The notes under the pieces were generated by a model. The model was not told where the DNA came from and ran no database searches. It was given only the letters and a program-made list of their open reading frames with translations. A stretch of DNA of 64,000 bases from a phage: the NCBI GenBank assembly GCA_025812035.1, contig GCA_025812035.1_4719.1. One strand, written 5' to 3'. Numbering within the stretch: the first letter of the stretch is position 1; each line of letters opens with the position of its first letter. The position numbers and the translations under genes are program-made. Below are positions 57,365 through 64,000 of this stretch, one piece after another.

Positions 57365-57825
57365 TATTCTACCTCTTTCTTCATCTTCATCGGAACAGAG
57401 AGTGTTGTTACCTCTGTTCCATTATCCGGCTCATATTCCAATGTAACGAGATCGTAACCATCCGATAATTCATAATCGATCGCTAGGGGGAACGAGATAC
57501 CGTGCGACTTTATGCATTTACCAAATGTCTCATTGGCCGTATACATTAGAAGTTGCTTTGCGGCAAGCCCGTTTACGCTGAAAGGTAATCGTGCTGTCGC
57601 AGCGATACGATTATTGTAAACTCTGATATCGGTGATATCTACAATCGTAGCATTGCTATGTTGTAATGTTGGAACGGATAGGCTGTAGAAGTAAGGTTTA
57701 GATCCGGAATCGGGTTCATTAAATAATTCCCAACATCCGTCCTCCTGCAATCTTACCTCGAGTATTTCAAAGCTTTTAATTATCGATTCTACCAGCTGCT
57801 CACCGTAAGAATCCCATGTCGTCAT
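57364..57825 (-). CDS. small acidic protein, member 7 of tandem paralog array (~153 aa)
   Basis: ORF track 57364..57879; ATG 57823-57825 with GAAGGTG SD; signature ISFPLAIDYELSDGYDLVTLEYEPDNG. Confidence 0.6.
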   Translation of the reverse strand: MTTWDSYGEQLVESIIKSFEILEVRLQEDGCWELFNEPDSGSKPYFYSLSVPTLQHSNATIVDITDIRVYNNRIAATARLPFSVNGLAAKQLLMYTANETFGKCIKSHGISFPLAIDYELSDGYDLVTLEYEPDNGTEVTTLSVPMKMKKEVE

Positions 57826-57894
57826 TTTAGCACCTTCGATACCTTTTAACCGACACGTGCCCCACTTAACAAGGGACACGAAGTCGTTGATTAA

Positions 57895-58389
57895 TTACTC
57901 TTCTGTGTTTTCATTGTCAGGATCGTAGTGGAATTCGAACAGCCCTGAACCGTCATGCCCATTGATTGTTAGTATAACGGGCATATCGAATCCTCGGACG
58001 CGCGAATGAAAACACTGTGCTAATTTTAGTTTGGCGTATGCCGCTATTTCATTGATGGCAATACACGACTCACCTGTTATACTCAGTATAACGTCGATAC
58101 TAACAATGTTGTTGTGCAACGCAAAACGCCAACGATCGATATGATTATTATCTTTAGCGGTTGTCTCGTTTACGAGATAGACTTTATCGTCAGCCGACAA
58201 AGCGGGGCTCCAGCAACGTTCGTTTATTAAATTCGCCTGGAGTTTTAGTATCGTCTGATCAATAATATCCCAACACGTAACCAGCGTGGCGTCAGACACT
58301 GAATTGAGAAGGGCGAGCACTTTATCCTTTATTTTAAGTGCTTCCGCAGGACGCCCGCAAATACCATGCATTTCAACTTTCTTATTCAT
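57895..58389 (-). CDS. small acidic protein, member 8 of tandem paralog array (~164 aa)
   Basis: ORF track 57895..58395 (GTG); ATG 58387-58389 with AAAAGAGG SD; signature FDMPVILTINGHDGSGLFEFHYDPDNENTEE. Confidence 0.6.
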   Translation of the reverse strand: MNKKVEMHGICGRPAEALKIKDKVLALLNSVSDATLVTCWDIIDQTILKLQANLINERCWSPALSADDKVYLVNETTAKDNNHIDRWRFALHNNIVSIDVILSITGESCIAINEIAAYAKLKLAQCFHSRVRGFDMPVILTINGHDGSGLFEFHYDPDNENTEE

Positions 58390-58432
58390 ATTCACCTCTT
58401 TTTTAATCTAAATGTTAGTTGGGATAGGGCGA

Positions 58433-59065
58433 TCACATGCTTTCTAACATATTGACGATCATGGAACCCATACCGAAACTCGGTCTCTCGCCGATGTACT
58501 CAGCAAGCTGACGATGAACGTCTTTTGGATTCCCTTCTTCACCGTCGGCATCGATGTAAACCGAAAAAGAAAATGAATCGGAATCCACGCTGATAACCAG
58601 ACGACGTTCATTGCGTTCCTTGAGTGTATCGACAATAGCTGCTTTCAGTACTGTGATCGCGTTCATCGCGTGCAAGATATCTCCATCAGGTCTCGCCAGA
58701 TCGATCTTTTCTTTCAGGTCGATATTGATGTTGGTTACAATTGGATTGAGATCGACTTTGACATAATCGTTAGGGGACACGCGAATAATTGCACGATCGA
58801 TATCTGAACCGTAAAAGTCGATACGTGGCTTTAACACTTCTTTGTTTGGATCCATGTTTTCATCCATACCCGCCTGTAGAAAGCGTTCTACGTTATCCAG
58901 TTCACGATAAACTGACGCTTCGATTTCTTTCAGATAGTTGGCTGCGGTTTCATGTTCTTTGCGTAGCTCGTCTTTAAGGAGCTGTACGGTGACTTCACTG
59001 GAACGAATGCTGTTCGCGAATTGTGTAATTGACATATCGAATTCCTTAAGTTCTCTTGAGTTCAA
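58433..59065 (-). CDS. hypothetical protein (210 aa), possibly a distant member of the array
   Basis: ORF track; C-terminal LVISVDSDSFSFSVYIDADGEEG loosely fits the family pattern. Confidence 0.5.
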   Translation of the reverse strand: MNSRELKEFDMSITQFANSIRSSEVTVQLLKDELRKEHETAANYLKEIEASVYRELDNVERFLQAGMDENMDPNKEVLKPRIDFYGSDIDRAIIRVSPNDYVKVDLNPIVTNINIDLKEKIDLARPDGDILHAMNAITVLKAAIVDTLKERNERRLVISVDSDSFSFSVYIDADGEEGNPKDVHRQLAEYIGERPSFGMGSMIVNMLESM

Positions 59066-59094
59066 TTAATGATGAAATGCTGTAAAAAAAAAAT

Positions 59095-59112
59095 GGTGGG
59101 GCGAACCCCACC
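59095..59112 (-). terminator. intrinsic terminator downstream of gene 59137..59562
   Basis: On minus: GGTGGGG-UUCG-CCCCACC followed by U10. Confidence 0.75.
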
Positions 59113-59136
59113 GAAACGTCAGACACACGCAGAAAA

Positions 59137-59562
59137 TCAATTCAGTGATGCATACAACGCATAACGACTGTAGATCTCAACCGCTGGCCCGTTATGCGTT
59201 AACAGACCATCTCGGTTGTAATACTGGAAAAAGGAATAGCGTTTGTCGAAGTGATAAACGAAAGCAATGTCTTTACCGTTAAGACCCGTGATGCGTGGTC
59301 TGTTTTTATCTAGCAATGCTTTGACTTTTAACAGTGTTGCCGCACGTGCTTTAACATTAGGGATTAATCCATCACAGTCGATATAAACCGTGTAACCTGT
59401 TTCAGATGTTGCGACGGTTGTATTGCGATTGACGCGGAAGATTTTTGTTTTGTATGTATTATCTTCAAGGATTGGGTTTTGTTTTTCGTATTTTCGTTTA
59501 TGCAGAAATCCTACAACGGTAATATAGTTAGCGGTAATATGTCCGGTTATAGCCTGTAACAT
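59137..59562 (-). CDS. hypothetical protein (141 aa)
   Basis: ORF track; followed on the minus strand by a hairpin with UUCG loop and a U10 tract. Confidence 0.55.
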   Translation of the reverse strand: MLQAITGHITANYITVVGFLHKRKYEKQNPILEDNTYKTKIFRVNRNTTVATSETGYTVYIDCDGLIPNVKARAATLLKVKALLDKNRPRITGLNGKDIAFVYHFDKRYSFFQYYNRDGLLTHNGPAVEIYSRYALYASLN

Positions 59563-59629
59563 TTTGACATCCTCTTATATTGGATTGATTACAGTTATCT
59601 TAAATAGGCGATAAGATATCTTGCTCTTA

Positions 59630-59690
59630 TCACCTTAGTAATATAGCCGTGAAATAAATTGTGTTAACAAGAAATAAAACAGCATAGAAC
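59630..59690 (-). promoter_or_regulatory. conserved intergenic element, copy 3 (candidate promoter)
   Basis: Plus strand TCACCTTAGTAATATAGCCGTGAAATAAATTGTGTTAACAAGAAATAAAACAGCATAGAA; between a hairpin and the gene starting at 59562. Confidence 0.4.
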
Positions 59691-59730
59691 CCTCCTCCCC
59701 CATCCTTCAAGAGGACGGTGGGAAGAGGGA
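59690..59730 (-). terminator. imperfect nested hairpin of the CCCTCC family
   Basis: CCCTCCTCC…CCATCCT-TCAAG-AGGACGG…GGAAGAGGG; followed on minus by TTCTATGCTGTTTTATTTC. Confidence 0.45.
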
Positions 59731-59736
59731 GAGAGA

Positions 59737-60138
59737 TTAAATGTCGTGGACGGCAACGCTGTTTAACCAGCAATACAGCTTAACGCGACACGGATACCGC
59801 TTCATTGCAGCAACCATTTCATCGCGTAAACGCTGGTAGATTTCATCCTGGTGTTCACGTTCAATGGGGTAATCAGCCCAACATTCGATCATGACGTCAC
59901 CATTAGTCAGAATCGTCGTACGCATCCTGTCCTGGACACGACGATCTTTCCCAGCATTAGGGAAATACATCCCTTCAGTACGAATAAGGTCGCCGCAGGG
60001 CATGACTAACCATTCGTTCGTTTTGCCGGTATTCTTATAATCCATTACAGCTTGCATTGCGGTGTCAACGCTAAAAGAAACATAATTCCAAACGGGTGTC
60101 CAACGATAGATTGCAGGTTGTTCAAGTGTTTCGTTCAT
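59737..60138 (-). CDS. hypothetical protein (133 aa)
   Basis: ORF track; AGGAAAAG SD. Confidence 0.55.
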   Translation of the reverse strand: MNETLEQPAIYRWTPVWNYVSFSVDTAMQAVMDYKNTGKTNEWLVMPCGDLIRTEGMYFPNAGKDRRVQDRMRTTILTNGDVMIECWADYPIEREHQDEIYQRLRDEMVAAMKRYPCRVKLYCWLNSVAVHDI

Positions 60139-60193
60139 GAGGCGCTTTTCCTATTTTTTATTTTCTGCACAGGATAAATTCAACGGCATAAAG

Positions 60194-60225
60194 CCCTTCC
60201 CTGCCCTTATATGGGGCGGGAAGAG
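60194..60225 (-). terminator. imperfect hairpin in a 215-bp noncoding gap
   Basis: CCCTTCCCTGCCC-TTATAT-GGGGCGGGAAGAG; followed on minus by CTTTATGCCGTTGAATTT. Confidence 0.4.
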
Positions 60226-60353
60226 TTTATGACCGCAATGAGAATCTCTCACGACAAGCTCACGACGATTATCGCATCACCCCGCGAGTGAGGGAGATCA
60301 GGATCACCTCCTACGTCGTAATGACAGCAATCCTGTTAACGCCGCCTTAGACG

Positions 60354-60992
60354 TTATGCAAAGCGACGCATGTAACCTGCCAGGTAGTTACGTGTATCGA
60401 AGTAGGCAATTTCAGGAATTGCGATATTAAGGTCGATAGCACGGATTTCAACCTGGCGACGGCTTTCATCATAGATCGCATCCATCAGACGCAGTACTGT
60501 CAGGAAAGCCATGCGGGTATGGTAGTCCAGCGGCATGTTATCGATGCCACGATACAGGTAACGATTTGCGTTGAATGCCCCTTCGCTGTTATCTTTCCAG
60601 ATCTTCAGAATATCAGCAAAGGCGGTGCGGAAAACCTCAGGATTATCCACATCCAGTAACGCACGGAAAGCAGACATTAAAGATCGCTGATGACGGATCA
60701 AGGACTGCGGCGTTTGCGGCATGGTCGGACCCATTTCTTCCGCATATTTCTGGAACGGGGCAACCAGGGTTGCGGCGCGAGAAGCAACGATAGAAATAGC
60801 AGGCGATTCATTCACCGCTGGTTTCGCAGGCTTTTCTTCAACTGCGGTTTCCTTCTTCTCAACAACGACCGTTTTCGGTTGTGCTACAACGTTGTTGGTC
60901 GGAGCAGCAGCCGCACCATTTTCCACGGCGGTCTCTACTGCTGTAATCTTTTCGTCCATTTGTGCGGAACGTTGGTCTTTATTCTTGCTCAT
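60354..60992 (-). CDS. hypothetical protein (212 aa), highly expressed by codon usage, Lys/Glu/Ala/Pro-rich N-terminal region
   Basis: ORF track; AAAGGAAA SD; codon bias similar to the capsid candidate. Confidence 0.6.
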   Translation of the reverse strand: MSKNKDQRSAQMDEKITAVETAVENGAAAAPTNNVVAQPKTVVVEKKETAVEEKPAKPAVNESPAISIVASRAATLVAPFQKYAEEMGPTMPQTPQSLIRHQRSLMSAFRALLDVDNPEVFRTAFADILKIWKDNSEGAFNANRYLYRGIDNMPLDYHTRMAFLTVLRLMDAIYDESRRQVEIRAIDLNIAIPEIAYFDTRNYLAGYMRRFA

Positions 60993-61017
60993 GTTTATTT
61001 CCTTTCATTTAACAAGG

Positions 61018-62319
61018 TTAACTAATATAAAGTTCAGGATCGTAAGGCGCTAACGATACACTGGCGTTATGCATTGCTTTCATCATAGTGTTCATGAAAA
61101 CGTTGTTTACACCGGTGATCTCTGCCCCGATCGCGTCTGGGGTTGGAGCCATCGCGTTACCGCAACAGGTAGCACAGTATTCCAACGGACCCGCTTTACA
61201 GCGCTGAGGATCGCGTAACTTGATGGTCTGTCCTTCCAAGGAAGCAAGTAAGTCAGCATCAATAAGTTTAAGCGCTGCACCGTCGATCATATAACGTCCG
61301 ACAAGCAGCTTATCTTTGATGTGATCACGGTTCACCGTGAACAGGATATGTTCTTGGGTACCGCAGTCGTCCATCGTGATTTTAAGGTTCTGTGTCGCAC
61401 GTTGTGATTCCTTAGCTGTTTGTCCAGCTAAAGCGGTCAACGCACCACGTGAGAACGAACCAGCACGCGCACTGTTGTTATACTCTGCCCAATGGTCGAC
61501 ACGCATCCCTTCAGCCAGGCTGTGTGTGATAACGTTACGTTTACCAGGGTCAACGAAGTCAGCTTCAACCCCCATCATGATGTGCGTTTTCTTTCGAGTA
61601 TTACCGAAACTCTTGCCAGGGTTAATATAGAACCCTTCCGACTCATCACCCTTAAAGGATTCCTTATCCATTTTGGTTAGCGTGGCCTCGAGTTTGATCA
61701 GTTCTTCAGGTGTGAACTTACCTTCTTCTTGTAGACGTGCTAACTCTTTATCACGATAGGCGATAATATCGTCATCGACCGTTAACGCTTTATCGCTCAT
61801 CGATGGAACAATTAAACGGTTGATGGCGGTTAATGCGCTGATATTGTTGGTGAATTTCTTCACCTCGCTCGCATACAACGGACCAATCGGACGTTCGTTA
61901 GGATCAGGTATCCCCTCTTCAGGATCATCCGCTACGCGTGGTGCAATCAATGATTCCAATGTACCGCTGGTCAACCGTCCCGCCTGGTATTCAATCTGAA
62001 TCCCGAAAGCGTCATAAAGGACGTACATATTGAACAACGCTTCACCGAAGGTTGTGGTGGTTGTGTTCTTAACCGACGGTAGATCACCAGGCGCAAGCTC
62101 CAACGGATCCCAGAAATTCAACAAGGGTTTTGTTGGCTCTGTTTCCCATTGATGTTCTTCACCGTCGATGGTAACCGTAACGATGTTTCCCTGACGACGT
62201 AATTTAGGCTGATACTTCTCAGCGCCACCTTCCGTAAAAGCAAATGCGTCGTTAATCCACTCAAGATAACGGTAGTGCCCTTCACGCAACGCGTAAAGGA
62301 AATAATCACGAGGTGTCAT
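61018..62319 (-). CDS. multisubunit RNA polymerase beta' subunit fragment (region F bridge helix to start of trigger loop)
   Basis: ORF track; AAAGGAG SD. Segment order and wording parallel E. coli beta': PDG…ARxG…ALTALAGQTAK (bridge helix, cf. GARKGLADTALKTANSG), TMDDCGTQEHIL (cf. TEDDCGTHEGIM), RCKAGPLEYCATCCGN (cf. CDTDFGVCAHCYGR Zn motif), PDAIGAEITG…TMMKAMH (cf. [25 protein letters not shown]). No NADFDGD, and the protein ends just after the trigger-loop start. Confidence 0.5.
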   Translation of the reverse strand: MTPRDYFLYALREGHYRYLEWINDAFAFTEGGAEKYQPKLRRQGNIVTVTIDGEEHQWETEPTKPLLNFWDPLELAPGDLPSVKNTTTTTFGEALFNMYVLYDAFGIQIEYQAGRLTSGTLESLIAPRVADDPEEGIPDPNERPIGPLYASEVKKFTNNISALTAINRLIVPSMSDKALTVDDDIIAYRDKELARLQEEGKFTPEELIKLEATLTKMDKESFKGDESEGFYINPGKSFGNTRKKTHIMMGVEADFVDPGKRNVITHSLAEGMRVDHWAEYNNSARAGSFSRGALTALAGQTAKESQRATQNLKITMDDCGTQEHILFTVNRDHIKDKLLVGRYMIDGAALKLIDADLLASLEGQTIKLRDPQRCKAGPLEYCATCCGNAMAPTPDAIGAEITGVNNVFMNTMMKAMHNASVSLAPYDPELYIS

Positions 62320-62332
62320 GTAGTAACTCCTT

Positions 62333-63205
62333 TTAAACGTGGGTCAGGTCACCGTGACGTGAAACGAACTCTGATAACGCTCGGATTGCTTCTTTGGATT
62401 CTTCAGCCATCGGGAAGTTGACGGTAACAAGTTCTCGTAAGACAGGAATGATTTCATTGTCTTCGAGATCGGAAGCTAAGGCGAACGCGATCAGTTCTTG
62501 GGCGTATGCGTACGGTTGCTGGCGTAAAGCAGCAAGCTGATTCCGACACTGCGCTATCAGCAGGTCCAGCGGAACCGCTATCGTACCCCCTTCGTCAACA
62601 TATTGGCTGAATACCGGTGGGAATGCATCACTGATTACACGAATTCGTCTGCGAATGCGATCAGGGATCTGGATGTTTTCTTCATCGGCTACGTTTTCGC
62701 TATCTTTCTCCAGCTTCTTGGTCAGCACCTGCTGGATGCGTGGAAGCAGACTTGAATGCACGAAACTGATCAATGGGGTTACGTTAACAGCGTCGACGCC
62801 GTAAATATGTCGTGCGCATTCTGCTAACGCTTCAGCTGCGGTGTAGTCTTCGTCTTCAACGATAGCGAGTAGAAAATCGGTATCGTCATGTGTTTCCAGG
62901 TCTAATAACGTAGACGCTAACGCATGAAGATACTTCAGGCTATCCAGAGATAGTTGCCCTTCGTTAACTCGGATCCCGAAGGCAAGCAATTGTTGTTTAT
63001 AAAGTTCGATACACCCGTTTGTTAAAATGACATCTAATTCGTTTAAATCGTACTGTTCTCCAGCACCTGACAACATTGTACTACAAAACGTTTCCAGTTG
63101 CTCGCATTTAAAATCTTGGTATAAACGATACATGCAGTGCTGTAACAGCGTACGCCTTGTTTCAGGGATTTTACCTTCTAACAAAGCCAAGACGGAATCA
63201 ATCAT
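62333..63205 (-). CDS. hypothetical protein (~291 aa)
   Basis: ORF track 62333..63211 (GTG); ATG 63203-63205 with GGAG SD. Confidence 0.55.
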   Translation of the reverse strand: MIDSVLALLEGKIPETRRTLLQHCMYRLYQDFKCEQLETFCSTMLSGAGEQYDLNELDVILTNGCIELYKQQLLAFGIRVNEGQLSLDSLKYLHALASTLLDLETHDDTDFLLAIVEDEDYTAAEALAECARHIYGVDAVNVTPLISFVHSSLLPRIQQVLTKKLEKDSENVADEENIQIPDRIRRRIRVISDAFPPVFSQYVDEGGTIAVPLDLLIAQCRNQLAALRQQPYAYAQELIAFALASDLEDNEIIPVLRELVTVNFPMAEESKEAIRALSEFVSRHGDLTHV

Positions 63206-63301
63206 ATCCACTCCGATGCGGTAAATGTCTACTAGCTCTCATAATCTATTGAAGAAACTACCGGCTGACGCCAACTTAGATCAATCAGGAGTAACCATCC
63301 C

Positions 63302-63775
63302 ATGCCAGTTTCATCCAAACCAAGAAAAAAATCAGTAGGAAAACCTAAAGCTCAGGAAACAACAGCAATTCGTTGGGACGAGTTACGCGAACCTATCGAA
63401 AACTGCGAATTGTTATTGAGCACCCTGGGTGCGGCTATTTACCAAGCAACGCAACCCTGCCGTTTACGATTAACCCAAAACAAGCGCGATGAGTTCGTTG
63501 CGTTATCAACAAGCACGAATAAAGATCTTACCGAACTTCAAACCGAATTGACGACGATCAAGAACTCCGTCACGCCGATGTACGGTAAAGAAGTTGATGA
63601 ACAAAGTATTCTGTTACAGTACAACTACGGGATGTCGTTAATGAACATCCTGGAACGCGCATCCGATATTCTACGTCCTGACGTCGCACGCCTGAGTCAA
63701 CTGCGTGTTGAAGGGATGGAGAACCAGATCCGATTCGCTAACAGTGTTAAATCTCAAGGAGCCACCGAAGCATGA
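63302..63775 (+). CDS. hypothetical protein (157 aa)
   Basis: ORF track; AGGAGTAA SD 7 nt upstream. Confidence 0.6.
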   Translation: MPVSSKPRKKSVGKPKAQETTAIRWDELREPIENCELLLSTLGAAIYQATQPCRLRLTQNKRDEFVALSTSTNKDLTELQTELTTIKNSVTPMYGKEVDEQSILLQYNYGMSLMNILERASDILRPDVARLSQLRVEGMENQIRFANSVKSQGATEA

Positions 63776-64000
63776 GCGAACAAGAAAAAGAAATTGTGAC
63801 GAGCCAGGAAGATAAGGTTGAGGTAACGGCTCAACCTGTTCATGAAGGTAATACTTCTACGCAGCAGGAAAGTAAAGAAGTTGCTGACGCTCCAGAAGCA
63901 ACCCATGAAGAAGAACCGTCACATCCGCCGCTGATCGATTTCTCAAAAGCAACGATACGTTTCCAGTGCGAAGATATTCGCCCTAAGAGCCCAAAGAAAA
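63772..64000 (+). CDS. hypothetical protein, N-terminal part only (runs off the right edge)
   Basis: ATG overlapping the upstream stop (ATGA); open to the window end (MSEQEKEIVTSQEDKVEVTAQPVHEG…); absent from track because edge-truncated. Confidence 0.5.
   Translation, partial: MSEQEKEIVTSQEDKVEVTAQPVHEGNTSTQQESKEVADAPEATHEEEPSHPPLIDFSKATIRFQCEDIRPKSPKK

Noticed and set aside
6924-60225. The repeated CCCTCC hairpins as a CRISPR array or MITE-like mobile elements
   Set aside because: Copies are single, irregularly spaced (kilobases apart), always intergenic at gene ends, with covarying stems and no flanking direct repeats or spacers; consistent with terminators.
13204-60353. tRNA or other structured RNA genes in the larger intergenic gaps (13204-13534, 15758-15906, 32680-32858, 52118-52338, 59563-59736, 60139-60353)
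   Set aside because: No cloverleaf-compatible arrangement or GTTC-type T-loop seen by eye; only the hairpins and elements reported above. Not exhaustive without a tRNA scanner.

Overview
This 64-kb window appears to be a gene-dense stretch of a phiKZ-like jumbo phage genome, with about 53 protein-coding genes, roughly 85% on the minus strand. No rRNA, tRNA, CRISPR array, integrase or IS element was recognised. All calls come from reading the sequence and ORF track, motif recognition and recalled family knowledge; no database search was run. Main content: (1) a 740-aa, strongly codon-biased candidate major capsid protein; (2) at least seven paralogous virion proteins with acidic N-terminal regions and a shared 'EGF + amphipathic helix' core, plus several very large (800-1200 aa) proteins; (3) a stand-alone gene encoding only the bridge-helix to trigger-loop part of an RNA polymerase beta' subunit; (4) a family-B DNA polymerase gene that stops shortly after motif A; (5) a DnaB-like helicase and an M48-like membrane metalloprotease. 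Intergenic regions carry a family of G+C-rich CCCTCC/GGAGGG hairpins followed by a TATGCTGTT-type box, and three copies of a ~60-bp conserved element. The strongest candidate for something undescribed is a tandem array of 8-9 diverged small paralogous genes at 54.2-59.1 kb, each separated by hairpins. Line-based coordinates for hairpins and motifs may be off by 1-2 nt; CDS coordinates follow the ORF track frame, with some starts moved to the first codon that has a Shine-Dalgarno.
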